Shown here in pieces: positions 26,602-36,660 of a DNA stretch of 64,000 nt (within the stretch, counting starts at the first letter, position 1; every line of letters begins with the position of its first letter). Made by a program: the position numbers and the translations under genes. A model generated the notes under the pieces. That model saw nothing but the letters and a program-made list of their open reading frames with translations, had not been told where the DNA came from and did no database searches. Source of the stretch: Minisyncoccia bacterium (GTDB lineage Bacteria; Patescibacteriota; Minisyncoccia; UBA6257; GWB1-50-10); NCBI GenBank assembly GCA_049997815.1, contig JBEKVQ010000002.1:74483-138482 (forward strand), in the 5' to 3' direction.

Positions 26602-28071
26602 ATGATAGAAAACCTAAAAAACCTTTTCTTTGATCAGAAAAGCCAAAAGAAGACCGTTTTAAAGAATTTTCTGTGGTTGGGAACCAGTCAGGTTGGAGGC
26701 CGACTCATTAGAGGCATAATCACGATTTATTCTGCGCGCGCCTTGGGAACTGCTGGCTACGGCGTATTTTCCTATGCGATGGGACTTGCCGCTTTCTTTA
26801 TTTTTTTCAAGAACATCGGCGTGGACTCCATCCTAACTAGGGAAGTAGCACACCGGCCGTCGGAAAGAGATAGATTATTTGCGACCTCATTCTGGCTGGA
26901 GGTTGGTTTGCTCGTGATTACCGCGCTCCTCCTCCTTTTTGTGGCTCCGCTTTTTAGTCACATTCCCGAAGCTCTCGCCTTGATTCCGGCAGTGACCCTA
27001 ATGATCGTGGCGGATGATATGAAAGATCTTTTTATCGCTTTCTTCCGAGGAATAGAAAAAATGGAATGGGAAGCCGTGGTCACCGTTGCCTCCAATGTCG
27101 CCGTAGTTGTATTCGGTTTTGGCGCTCTCTTAATCTCGCCGACGCCGCTCTACCTTGCCTTGGCTTATGCTGCCGCCTCCGTTTTCGGGGTTCTTTTGGC
27201 CGGCGGCATAATTTTCGTCCGTCATGTTCGGGGGTTTTTCAAGAGTTTTGATAGCGGTTTGATTGCGCCCATTTTAATATCGGCCTGGCCGATCGCCATA
27301 GGGGGGCTGGCTGGCTTGTTCTTCTTTAATGTGGATATTATCATGCTGGGCTTTTGGCGAACCACCGATGATGTCGGTATCTATGCGGCCGTTCAAAAGA
27401 TTGTGGGTATTCTTTCGGTGATTCCGACCCTGATTATAACCAGCACCTTCCCGGTTTTTTCTAGGCTGGCCCATCAGAATGATTCGGTGCGAATGCGCCA
27501 GGCCATGGAAAGCGTAATTCGCATTCTTTTCCTGTTCTCGGTACCTCTTGTCTTGGGTGGCATTGTATTGGGTGCCCCCCTCCTGAACTTCATTTTCGGA
27601 AACGCTTACGGTTCGGGGGCAAGCGCCATGTCTATACTTTTGATTTCCATAATCGCCTCTTTCCCAACCGGCCTATTCTCTTATTTCATATTTGCCTATG
27701 ATAAGCAGCGCAAGATGGTTTTATATCCGATTATCGCCGCGCTGATCAACATTGGCCTGAATTTATTTTTGGTTCCTCGTTTTGGCATGATCGGCGCCTC
27801 GGTGGCAACCCTTACAACAAGCGTGATTTACTTTTTCTTGCTCTTCCAGCTTTGCTTGAAGATTGAACCGTTCTCATTATGGAGGGGATTCTCAAAGATT
27901 CTGGGTGTAGCGATACTCATGGCAATTTTTGCCTGGGTAATTCAATTGTCGGGCGTGCCAGTGCTCGCGAATATCGCTCTTTCCGCTGGGCTATACCTGT
28001 TCATTCTTAAGGTCCTAAAAGAAGAATCCCTGGAGGAGATTCTTTCTATGGTTCGTTCGACGCGGAGTTAG
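26602..28071 (+). CDS. Wzx-like oligosaccharide flippase (MOP/polysaccharide biosynthesis protein family)
   Basis: About 12-14 TM helices; paralogue of 42408-43880 (KKTVLKNFLWLG...IYSARALGTAGYGVFSYAMGLAAFF). Confidence 0.75.
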   Translation: MIENLKNLFFDQKSQKKTVLKNFLWLGTSQVGGRLIRGIITIYSARALGTAGYGVFSYAMGLAAFFIFFKNIGVDSILTREVAHRPSERDRLFATSFWLEVGLLVITALLLLFVAPLFSHIPEALALIPAVTLMIVADDMKDLFIAFFRGIEKMEWEAVVTVASNVAVVVFGFGALLISPTPLYLALAYAAASVFGVLLAGGIIFVRHVRGFFKSFDSGLIAPILISAWPIAIGGLAGLFFFNVDIIMLGFWRTTDDVGIYAAVQKIVGILSVIPTLIITSTFPVFSRLAHQNDSVRMRQAMESVIRILFLFSVPLVLGGIVLGAPLLNFIFGNAYGSGASAMSILLISIIASFPTGLFSYFIFAYDKQRKMVLYPIIAALINIGLNLFLVPRFGMIGASVATLTTSVIYFFLLFQLCLKIEPFSLWRGFSKILGVAILMAIFAWVIQLSGVPVLANIALSAGLYLFILKVLKEESLEEILSMVRSTRS

Positions 28072-30011
28072 CATTGTTTGGCGATATTTTCCAAGAGCTC
28101 CATCGTCGGCAGGACGTCCTCGGCCGTGACCGGAACCCTCTCGGTTTCGTCTTTAAGCGAAGAGATGAAGCCGTTGTAAATTTGGCGGTGCGAAAAGTTG
28201 CCGTCCTTCCTGATTTTTTTGTCTATAACGTATTGGACCATGGTCTTCACCGAATTTCTGAGGTCACTTAACGGACTGGGTGCTCCCGATTTTATTCGGA
28301 AGCTTTCCGGATAAAATCCGGCAAAATAGGTTTTGTTTTCCGACCGCGCTTCAATGAAAGTCTCGGAATGTGGCGGGAACATCTTAAGGTCAAGAATAAT
28401 ATCATTTCCATTTTTCGTTGCAACGGTGCCCTCCAAATTAACGAGAATCCCACTCGAATCATGCTCGGTTTTTAGCCGTTCTGCCTTTTTGAAATCTCCA
28501 GCTAGTTCCACCCCCAAATCGATGAAGTGGTAAGCCATATCGTAGAGAAGCGCGTTCTTCATCTTTTCGCGCCAACCGCCGGCGCTTTTGATGACGGGGC
28601 CGCTCCAGAATCTGACTCTAACCAAGTTTATTTTCGCGCCGTCTTTTCTCATGGCCGATTTCATCGCGAGTATGTTCCTTCGGAATCGGTAATTGTTAAT
28701 GACGCATATTTTGGCGTTGCTCCCATCGGCCATCTTCGCAATTTCTCTGGATTCAAGGAGATTTAGCGCAAGAGGTTTCTCTATCATCAGATTGATCCCC
28801 GCACCGCTGAGTTCTCGGGCGATGTCGAGGTGGGTGGCGGGTGGAGTAGAGACGGCGACGAAATCTAATTTCCGGTTTTTAAATTCGCTTATCGCTCGAA
28901 CCGCTTCGGCTTTCGGAAAGAAATCATCCCTTATCTGCTTTGCGGACTTCTCGTCTATATCGTAGATCGCTTCCACTTTTATTCTCAGATTCCCGATAAT
29001 GACCGGCAGATGAAGCGTCCTCATGGCAAAACCGCAGCCAATTATGCCGATTCGGACCGGGCCGTAGTGAAAATCAACCATTTGTTTCATCGCTTCCCTG
29101 AAAGGTACAACGGCCTTCCAGCCAAGTTCCGATTTTAGATTTTCCGCAGAGTAGTAAATGTCTTTTTGGGCCCGGGCGAGGAGGTAACCGTATCGGCCTA
29201 AAATAGGGTTCAGCACGAAGAATGATTTTGGTACAAATAACATTCTTTTCCCGTCGGGAGCAAATTCGTTGAAATATTCGACTATTTCCCGAGTGGTCGG
29301 CTGTTCGTCCGAGACCACGTTATAAGTTCCGCTCTCCTTCCCGCTACCCTTAATGGCGGCCTTAACCGCTCCATGAAGGTCGTCAATGTGGATGTAGGGG
29401 AGGCGTTTGTCGCCCATTCCGAGATTTATGCCCACGCTGCCCCTTATGATGCCGCAGCCCATAAGCGGCATTTTCATGTTTGGAGCGTAGACGAGGCCGG
29501 CCCGGAGAATCGTGACCGGCAATTCAGAAGAATCAATTTTTGAGGCGATGGATTGTTCGCCCAATGCTTTGGTTTTCGCGTACCAACCCCGCAGATCCAT
29601 GTGGGGCTCGAAGGGGGTATCCTCGGTTACAACGGAATTCGCCGCCTGGTTCAGGTCGTAGATGCTTACGGAACTCATATAGACCAATCGCTCTTTTTTG
29701 TTTTTCTCGCAAAGTTTGAAAATGAGTTCCGAACCCTTCACGGTCGTGTTGTAGTAATCGTCGTAAGTACCACCGGTGCCGGCGGCGAGATGGACGATGA
29801 TATCGGATTCTTTTACGAAGTTCTCCAGGTTTTTCTCGTCGTTGATGTCACCCTCGAAGATTCTCAGTTTTTCGCCGTATCGTTTCGCTAGAAAATCTAT
29901 CTTCGCTGCATTTCTTACGTAAGCGTTCACGAAGTATCCATCGTCGATGAATTTTTTGACGAAGTGCTTGCCTACGAATCCGCTTGCACCCGTGATGCCT
30001 ATTTTCTTCAT
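28068..30011 (-). CDS. Bifunctional fusion: N-terminal NAD-dependent epimerase/dehydratase (SDR) + C-terminal Gfo/Idh/MocA oxidoreductase
   Basis: MKKIGITGASGFVGKHFV...YAKTK; then IGIIGCGFAMRTLHLPVI...MIEKPLALN. Confidence 0.8.
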   Translation of the reverse strand: MKKIGITGASGFVGKHFVKKFIDDGYFVNAYVRNAAKIDFLAKRYGEKLRIFEGDINDEKNLENFVKESDIIVHLAAGTGGTYDDYYNTTVKGSELIFKLCEKNKKERLVYMSSVSIYDLNQAANSVVTEDTPFEPHMDLRGWYAKTKALGEQSIASKIDSSELPVTILRAGLVYAPNMKMPLMGCGIIRGSVGINLGMGDKRLPYIHIDDLHGAVKAAIKGSGKESGTYNVVSDEQPTTREIVEYFNEFAPDGKRMLFVPKSFFVLNPILGRYGYLLARAQKDIYYSAENLKSELGWKAVVPFREAMKQMVDFHYGPVRIGIIGCGFAMRTLHLPVIIGNLRIKVEAIYDIDEKSAKQIRDDFFPKAEAVRAISEFKNRKLDFVAVSTPPATHLDIARELSGAGINLMIEKPLALNLLESREIAKMADGSNAKICVINNYRFRRNILAMKSAMRKDGAKINLVRVRFWSGPVIKSAGGWREKMKNALLYDMAYHFIDLGVELAGDFKKAERLKTEHDSSGILVNLEGTVATKNGNDIILDLKMFPPHSETFIEARSENKTYFAGFYPESFRIKSGAPSPLSDLRNSVKTMVQYVIDKKIRKDGNFSHRQIYNGFISSLKDETERVPVTAEDVLPTMELLENIAKQC

Positions 30012-30084
30012 ACGCCCTCAATCCTATCCTAAAAAAAACGGGGAATCAATGAAGTTCTTGTAGATATTCAGTCGGTGTGAGAGA

Positions 30085-31284
30085 ATGACTTCTGTGAAGA
30101 TACTGCACATAAATCTGGTTTATTTGCCGGCCTTCCGTTACGGCGGGCCCATTAGAAGCGTCCATAATTTGAATAAGTGGCTCGTAAAAAGGGGAGCCGA
30201 CGTGACGGTTTATACGACGAATATCGACGGGCCGGTAGAGTTGGATGTTCCGACCGGCGTGCCGGTTTCGATAGATGGCGTCAGAGTTTTTTACTTTCCG
30301 GTACATTTTTTCAGGCATTGGTTCTATTCTTCGGATTTCAGGAAAGCGCTCGCGATGACCGCGAAAGATTTTGATATCATCCACATCACTTCGGTCTTCA
30401 CGGCCGCCTCGACGCTCGGGGCGCACTATGCGAAGAAGCGGGACATTCCCTACGTCATCTCACCCAAAGGAAGCCTGATGAAGACTCCCCTAGGAAGCGG
30501 TTCGCTGAAGAAAAAGTTGTATTTATCCCTGATCGAAAGAAAGAACCTTGAAGAAGCCGATGCCATCCACTTCACCGTTCCGGTTGAAAAGGAGGAATAT
30601 TTGAGGCAAGGGTTGTCATTTAAAGACAGTTTCGTCATTCCGAATGGCCTGGACCCGGATGAATTCAAAGAGGAAATCCCTCCGGGTTTTTTCCGCAAAA
30701 AGTTCGGCATCTCGGCCGATAAGAAGATCGTTCTCTTTCTTGGGCGCTTGAATTGGATAAAGGGACTGGATACGCTTTTGCCGAGCTTCAAAAGAGTAGC
30801 TGACAGGATTCCCGCGGCCATTCTGGTTCTTGCTGGCGGTGATGACAAAAAATACAAGAAAACAGTCGAAGACATGGTCGAGAAACACAAACTTGGCGAC
30901 AAAGTCGTTTTTACTGGTATGATTATAGACGGGGATAAGCAAGCCGCCTTGAGGGATAGCGACGTTTTCGTCATGCCCTCCTATTCGGAGAGCTTCGGAA
31001 TGTCGGCGCTTGAGGCGATGTACTCCCGCTTGCCGGTCGTCGTGACTGAGGGAGTAAGTTTGGCTCCGGTAGTAGAAAAGTATTCCGCTGGCCTTGTCGT
31101 CACCAAAAATGAGGATAAGCTAAGTGAAGCGGTCATTAATATCCTGTCCAACCCCGATTCGGCGAAAGCGATGGGAGAGCGCGGACGCAAAATAGCGGAA
31201 AGTAATTTCCTTATGCCCGTGATCGCCGAAAATTTCCTGGCTGCCTACGGAAGAGTCATAGAAACTCACAGGGGCAAAAATTAA
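30085..31284 (+). CDS. Glycosyltransferase family 4
   Basis: ESFGMSALEAMYSRLPVVVTEGVSLAPVV. Confidence 0.85.
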   Translation: MTSVKILHINLVYLPAFRYGGPIRSVHNLNKWLVKRGADVTVYTTNIDGPVELDVPTGVPVSIDGVRVFYFPVHFFRHWFYSSDFRKALAMTAKDFDIIHITSVFTAASTLGAHYAKKRDIPYVISPKGSLMKTPLGSGSLKKKLYLSLIERKNLEEADAIHFTVPVEKEEYLRQGLSFKDSFVIPNGLDPDEFKEEIPPGFFRKKFGISADKKIVLFLGRLNWIKGLDTLLPSFKRVADRIPAAILVLAGGDDKKYKKTVEDMVEKHKLGDKVVFTGMIIDGDKQAALRDSDVFVMPSYSESFGMSALEAMYSRLPVVVTEGVSLAPVVEKYSAGLVVTKNEDKLSEAVINILSNPDSAKAMGERGRKIAESNFLMPVIAENFLAAYGRVIETHRGKN

Positions 31285-31294
31285 AAAACAAACC

Positions 31295-32155
31295 ATGTCT
31301 TATTCCGAAACCAAGCAAAAAATAAAGCGTTCCGTCTATCAAAGCAGCTTGAGGTCTCTCATGAGGCGATTGGGTTTGATCCGGTTATTTTTCGCGATTC
31401 CGAACCAGTTTTCGAACTTGGAGCACCGGATCGCCTTTTCTCTTCACAAGAATTGTCTCGCCGGCATTGAAATTTCCGGTTACAGAGCGATATTTACCGC
31501 TCCGACCTTCATTGAATTCAGAAGGACTGTCGCGATGGGGAGTGAGAAGAAAGTCATAGAGCCATTTTTGGATAAAATAAAAGAGGGAGACACGGTTTTC
31601 GATATCGGCGCGAGCGTTGGCCTTTACACGGTTTTTATCGCGAAGAAGGTTGGAGGCGATGGACGAGTAGTCTCCTTCGAGCCGGAACGCCAGTCAAGGG
31701 AAAGATTAATGGGGAATATCCGCTTGAATTCCCTTGGGAACGTCCGGGTCGTAAGCGATGCTCTTGGACGGGATGAATCGAGGCAGTTTCTGAGGCCCGA
31801 CAAGAATTTCGCCTCAGGCGCCAACATTATTTTTGATGCTAAGGAAAATCCCGGAGCAGCTGGCGGCGAAGAGGTATCCGTATTTTCCGGAGATACGCTC
31901 ATAAAAAAAGGAGTGCTTCCGGTCCCGAACGCCATTAAGATAGATGTGGAGGGGATGGAAGATGACGTTCTTACGGGCCTCAAAGAGACGATCCGGAGGC
32001 CGGAGTGCCGTACAGTTCTCTGTGAAATCCATTTTTCCAATCTTGAAAAGAGAGGCAGGCCCGAAGCGCCGAAGCGCATTGAAGGGATGCTCAAAGATTC
32101 GGGATTCAACCAATTGTTCTGGCTCGACCGTTCCCACATCTTGGCCGTTAAATAG
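31295..32155 (+). CDS. FkbM-family methyltransferase
   Basis: VFDIGASVGLYTVFIAKKVGGDGRVVSFEP; IKIDVEGMEDDVLTGL. Confidence 0.75.
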   Translation: MSYSETKQKIKRSVYQSSLRSLMRRLGLIRLFFAIPNQFSNLEHRIAFSLHKNCLAGIEISGYRAIFTAPTFIEFRRTVAMGSEKKVIEPFLDKIKEGDTVFDIGASVGLYTVFIAKKVGGDGRVVSFEPERQSRERLMGNIRLNSLGNVRVVSDALGRDESRQFLRPDKNFASGANIIFDAKENPGAAGGEEVSVFSGDTLIKKGVLPVPNAIKIDVEGMEDDVLTGLKETIRRPECRTVLCEIHFSNLEKRGRPEAPKRIEGMLKDSGFNQLFWLDRSHILAVK

Positions 32156-32164
32156 AAGAAAACA

Positions 32165-33004
32165 ATGAAATCACCCGTAAGCGTTATTATCCTCACTCTT
32201 AATGAGGAGATAAACATTGAGAAATGTCTCAAGAGCGTTGCCGGCTGGGCTGGCGAGATCATCATTGTCGATTGCCACAGTACCGACCGCACGCTTGAGA
32301 TCGCCAAACGCTATGGTGCCAAGATCTTTGAGCATGATTTCAAAAACCAAGCCGTTCAGTTCAATTGGGCATTGGATAACGTGCCCATAAAGAACGATTG
32401 GATATTGAGATTGGACTCCGACGAATACGTCTTACCAGAACTGGCTGAAGAAATCCAAGAAAGAACTGGGAACGCATCTGCGGAGACAAGCGGATTTTAC
32501 ATTAAGCGCCGGGTTTATTTTATGGGAAGATGGATAAAGCATGGCGGTTATTATCCGACCTGGTTTCTGCGCCTTTGGCGCAAGGGCAATGCGAGATATG
32601 AAGACCGTGAAGTCGATGAGCACGTCGTTTTGAGCTCAGGCAGGGCCGATTTTCTGAAGAACGACTTTGTCGATGAAAACCGCAAGAATTTAGAATGGTG
32701 GATAGGGAGAACGAACAACTATACCACACGGGAAGTTGTCGCGAGAGGAAAAGAGGCGGAAGAATCGCTTTTGCTCCCTGGCCGGTTCTTCGGCACCCAG
32801 TCCGAACGCAAGCGCTGGTTAAGGACGAATGTTTATTATCGTTTGCCGCTGTTTACGCGGGCGTTCATCTACTTTTTTTACCGATATTTCTTCCGGCTCG
32901 GATTTTTGGACGGTAAAGAGGGATTGGTATTCCATTTCCTTCAGGGCTGTTGGAATCAATTCCTGGTTGATGCGAAGATATACGAACAAACGAAAAATAA
33001 TTAA
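32165..33004 (+). CDS. Glycosyltransferase family 2
   Basis: VSVIILTLNEEINIEKCLKSV...IIIVDCHSTDRT; RLDSDE (DxD). Confidence 0.8.
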   Translation: MKSPVSVIILTLNEEINIEKCLKSVAGWAGEIIIVDCHSTDRTLEIAKRYGAKIFEHDFKNQAVQFNWALDNVPIKNDWILRLDSDEYVLPELAEEIQERTGNASAETSGFYIKRRVYFMGRWIKHGGYYPTWFLRLWRKGNARYEDREVDEHVVLSSGRADFLKNDFVDENRKNLEWWIGRTNNYTTREVVARGKEAEESLLLPGRFFGTQSERKRWLRTNVYYRLPLFTRAFIYFFYRYFFRLGFLDGKEGLVFHFLQGCWNQFLVDAKIYEQTKNN

Positions 33005-33007
33005 GAT

Positions 33008-33667
33008 ATGGATAAAAAATCGGAGAAACTTCATTTGGGTTGCGGCCTGATCACCCCTTCAAGCTGGATTAATGTGGATGGTTCGTGGAATGCCCTGTTG
33101 GCAAAGCACCCACTGGTCAAAAAAATATTAATGGCCCTTCATCTTGCGCCGGCCCGCCTATTCGATATTCCCTGGAGCGCTGAAGTCGTGTTCCATGACG
33201 TTCGCCGCCCTCTGCCCTTTGAAGACGATTCCATGGAAGCGGTTTATGCTTCTCATTTATTGGAGCATGTTTATCTGGAGGAGGCGAAGAAGCTTCTCGG
33301 GGAGTGTTTTCGAGTATTGAAACCGGGCGGCGTATTGAGGATCATGGTGCCGGATTTGAGAGGAATCGTTTCACAATACAATCTTCGCCAGCCCACCAAT
33401 GAATCAAAGGCCGATAGAATGATAAAAAGTCTGGATTTTTGCGATACCGTACCGCCGAGCGGAAACATTTTTTATAGGTTGTATTCTTATCTAAAAGATT
33501 TGCACGCTCATAGATGGATGTACGATAGCGATTCTCTAATTTTTTATTTGAGGGGGGCGGGGTTCAACGATGTTATGGAGATGCCTCTTCATGGTTCAAA
33601 GATACAGAACATCGAAGAGGTGGAGTTGAATGAGGGGCTCTGTGTGGAGGGCGTAAAAGCGGGCTGA
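33008..33667 (+). CDS. Class I SAM-dependent methyltransferase
   Basis: VLKPGGVLRIMVPD. Confidence 0.7.
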   Translation: MDKKSEKLHLGCGLITPSSWINVDGSWNALLAKHPLVKKILMALHLAPARLFDIPWSAEVVFHDVRRPLPFEDDSMEAVYASHLLEHVYLEEAKKLLGECFRVLKPGGVLRIMVPDLRGIVSQYNLRQPTNESKADRMIKSLDFCDTVPPSGNIFYRLYSYLKDLHAHRWMYDSDSLIFYLRGAGFNDVMEMPLHGSKIQNIEEVELNEGLCVEGVKAG

Positions 33668-33678
33668 GGGTTTCTAAA

Positions 33679-34449
33679 ATGGATAATAAGGAGTCGGTAA
33701 AAAGGTTTTGGAATAAAAAACCGTGCGGAACGTTCGGGGTTCTTGAAAACAAACCAAATCTTGGATATTTCGAATCCATCAGAAAGCGGCGTTATACCCT
33801 CGAACCGTTCATAAAAGTAATAGTGCCTTTTGCTGAACTTCGGAATAAGAAAGTTCTTGAAATCGGGTGCGGCGTGGGGACCGACGGGGTTGAATTCATC
33901 CGTTCCGGAGCGGATTATGTCGGCGTTGATGCCTCCGATATTTCGGTTGGCCTTGCGAAGAGAAACGTCGCCCTCCTTGGCTTTGATTCCGAGAGAGTGA
34001 GTTTAGCGGATGCGGAACGGTTGCCGTTCCCGGATAATGAATTTGATTTCATATATTCCTGGGGCGTGCTTCACCATACTCCCGATATGGAGAAAGCCGT
34101 GAGCGAGGTTCGGAGAGTTCTGAAACCGGGCGGGAATTTCTGCATAATGCTCTATAATCGTTTTTCCTTAGTTGGTTTTCAGCTCTACATTCTCTACGGC
34201 TTGCTTCATCTGAATCCATTCGTGTCTTTCGAGAGGCTCTTCTCGGAGCATCACGAGAGCCCGGGTACTAAGGCCCTTACCGATGCGGAGGCCTTGAAAC
34301 TCTTCGGGGATTTTAAGAATGTTTCCGTTAAAAATATCGTTACCCCTTACGATTTAAGAATTACGAGAAATATTCACTGGCCTCTATGGTTCGGGAAAGC
34401 GATTCCGCAGAGCTTGGGATTTTTCAAAGTGATTCAAGGGAACAGATAA
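33679..34449 (+). CDS. Class I SAM-dependent methyltransferase (paralogue of 6155-7048)
   Basis: VLEIGCGVGTDGV; FDFIYSWGVLHHTPD; VLKPGGNFCIMLY. Confidence 0.8.
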   Translation: MDNKESVKRFWNKKPCGTFGVLENKPNLGYFESIRKRRYTLEPFIKVIVPFAELRNKKVLEIGCGVGTDGVEFIRSGADYVGVDASDISVGLAKRNVALLGFDSERVSLADAERLPFPDNEFDFIYSWGVLHHTPDMEKAVSEVRRVLKPGGNFCIMLYNRFSLVGFQLYILYGLLHLNPFVSFERLFSEHHESPGTKALTDAEALKLFGDFKNVSVKNIVTPYDLRITRNIHWPLWFGKAIPQSLGFFKVIQGNR

Positions 34450-34509
34450 CCGGTCTGCGTTTCGGCCGATTTACATGGCGGATGGAGCCTTCTATAATGA
34501 AATTTATAA

Positions 34510-36660
34510 ATGAAACAGGTATTCCAAAATCCGAAATCGGGCAAGACACGGGTGGAAGAAATCATTCCGCCTATTTTGCGTTCCGGCGGAGTCCTGGTTA
34601 AAAACCGCTATTCGGTCATCAGTGCCGGAACCGAGCGGGGTATTATAGAACTCTCAAAGAAGAGCTTGCTCCAAAAAGCGAAAGAGCGGCCGGATTACGT
34701 CCGAAAATTCTTCATACTCGTGAAGACCAAGGGATTCAAGTGGGCATGGGGCGTAGCTCAAGCGAAGCTAGAAAAAGACATTGCTTTGGGTTATTCCAGT
34801 GCCGGGGAGGTGATCGCCGCGGGGCGCGAAGTTGAGGAATTTCGCGCGGGCGACCGGGTAGCCTGCGCCGGCCAGGATTACGCTTCGCACGCCGAGGTAA
34901 TCGCGGTGCCAAAGAACCTTTGCGTGAAGATACCGGCGAATGTTTCCGAGAAGGATGCCGCTTTTACGACGATCGCTTCGATCGCCATGCAGGGTATCCG
35001 TCGCGCCAACCTCGCACCGGGCGAAAAGGTAGCCGTTGTCGGTCTCGGCCTGCTCGGACAATTGGCGGTGAGGATGCTCCGTGCTTACGGCCATCCGGTC
35101 ATCGGCTTTGACGTGAATCCCGCGCAGCTCTCTTTTGCGAAGGAGAACGGCATGGATGAGGGGGCCTTAACGGATGATAAGGATATAGACGGTAAGGTTT
35201 CCAAATTTACGTTCGGTAGAGGGGTGGACGCCGTCCTAATCTATGCGAGCGCGAAGACCGACGAGCCGTTGAAATTGGCCGTCAAGATTTCCCGCGACCG
35301 GGGGCGCATCGTACAGATAGGAAACATCCAAGCGGATATTCCCTGGCGCGACTTCCATCCGAAGGAACTTTCGTATTTCTCGTCCCGTTCCTACGGCCCG
35401 GGCCGTTATGACAAAAATTATGAGGAAAGAGGAATGGACTATCCGATTGGCTATGTCCGCTGGACGGAAAGAAGGAACATGGAAGAATTCTTGCGCCTCT
35501 TGTCCGACGGGAAAATCTCGGTGGAAAATCTCGTTACGAAAACCTTTCCCATAAGTGAGGCTGAAAAGGCCTACGAACTCGTTTTCAATCCGAAAGGCCC
35601 GGTGCGCGGAGTGGTTTTGGAATACCCCGAAGCGGCGAAATTCGAACGGAAGATGACATTTAAACCGTTACTGTCGCAGGCAAGCAGTTCGCCTACGGAA
35701 GTGAAGATTGGGATAATCGGAGCGGGATCGTTCATGAAATCGGAAATTCTCCCGCATTTGAAAAAAACCGTTGGAGCGAAAGTGAGGGCCATTGCCCACT
35801 CGAAGGGATTGGATGCGAACGCCATCGCCAAGGAATGGGGCGCGGAGTACGTGACGAACGATTATCACGATATCTTGAATGACAAGGACATCAATCTGGT
35901 CATTTGTGCTTTGCGCCACGCCGACCACGCGAAGGTCGCAAAGGAGGCGCTTGAGGCGGGAAAGAACGTTCATATGGAAAAGCCGCTCGCTTTGGACGAA
36001 ACCGAGCTGAACGAAGTGATGGAAGTGGCGAAACGTTCCAAGGGAAGGTTGTTCGTTGGCTTCAATCGCAGATTTTCCGGCCACTTCGCGGAAGCGAAGA
36101 AGGCGTTCGAAAATTGCCCCACTCCGCTTCAGGTGGTCTATCGGGTGAATGTGCCCCTTACGGAGGAGCACTGGTCCCAAGATCAGAAGGAGGGCGGCCG
36201 CCTCATCGGCGAGGGGTGCCACTTTGCGAACGCGCTCCAATTTCTTATCGGGAGCCGGCCGGTCAGGGTGACGGCATCATCGATACCGGTGGGCGGAGTA
36301 GTTAAACACGAAGAAAATTTCTCGTTCTCGGTTGAGTTCGAGAACGGCTCGCTGGGAACGGTGGTTTACTCCGGGTTGGGTAATTTCCGCCTGCCTAAGG
36401 AATACGTGGAGATTTACGCCGGAGGCAACATCTTCGTCATAGACAATTTCAAGGACGGGAGATTCATCACTTCCGTGAAAACCAAAAAATTCAACTTCTC
36501 GAGACAGAATAAGGGATATCTGGAAGAATTGCAGGGAGAGATAGATGCGATAAGAAACGGTAAGCCGTCGCCTATATCCCTTGAGGAGATCTATCTTTCC
36601 CATCTCGCCATTTTCAAAGTTGCCGAGGCGCTCAAGACCGGCGGGCATGCAGGGATTTAA
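34510..36660 (+). CDS. Bi-domain oxidoreductase: N-terminal MDR/zinc-type alcohol dehydrogenase-like + C-terminal Gfo/Idh/MocA
   Basis: GDRVACAGQDYASHAEV, VAVVGLGLLGQLAVRML; KIGIIGAGSFMKSEILPHL, VHMEKPLALDETE. Confidence 0.8.
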   Translation: MKQVFQNPKSGKTRVEEIIPPILRSGGVLVKNRYSVISAGTERGIIELSKKSLLQKAKERPDYVRKFFILVKTKGFKWAWGVAQAKLEKDIALGYSSAGEVIAAGREVEEFRAGDRVACAGQDYASHAEVIAVPKNLCVKIPANVSEKDAAFTTIASIAMQGIRRANLAPGEKVAVVGLGLLGQLAVRMLRAYGHPVIGFDVNPAQLSFAKENGMDEGALTDDKDIDGKVSKFTFGRGVDAVLIYASAKTDEPLKLAVKISRDRGRIVQIGNIQADIPWRDFHPKELSYFSSRSYGPGRYDKNYEERGMDYPIGYVRWTERRNMEEFLRLLSDGKISVENLVTKTFPISEAEKAYELVFNPKGPVRGVVLEYPEAAKFERKMTFKPLLSQASSSPTEVKIGIIGAGSFMKSEILPHLKKTVGAKVRAIAHSKGLDANAIAKEWGAEYVTNDYHDILNDKDINLVICALRHADHAKVAKEALEAGKNVHMEKPLALDETELNEVMEVAKRSKGRLFVGFNRRFSGHFAEAKKAFENCPTPLQVVYRVNVPLTEEHWSQDQKEGGRLIGEGCHFANALQFLIGSRPVRVTASSIPVGGVVKHEENFSFSVEFENGSLGTVVYSGLGNFRLPKEYVEIYAGGNIFVIDNFKDGRFITSVKTKKFNFSRQNKGYLEELQGEIDAIRNGKPSPISLEEIYLSHLAIFKVAEALKTGGHAGI

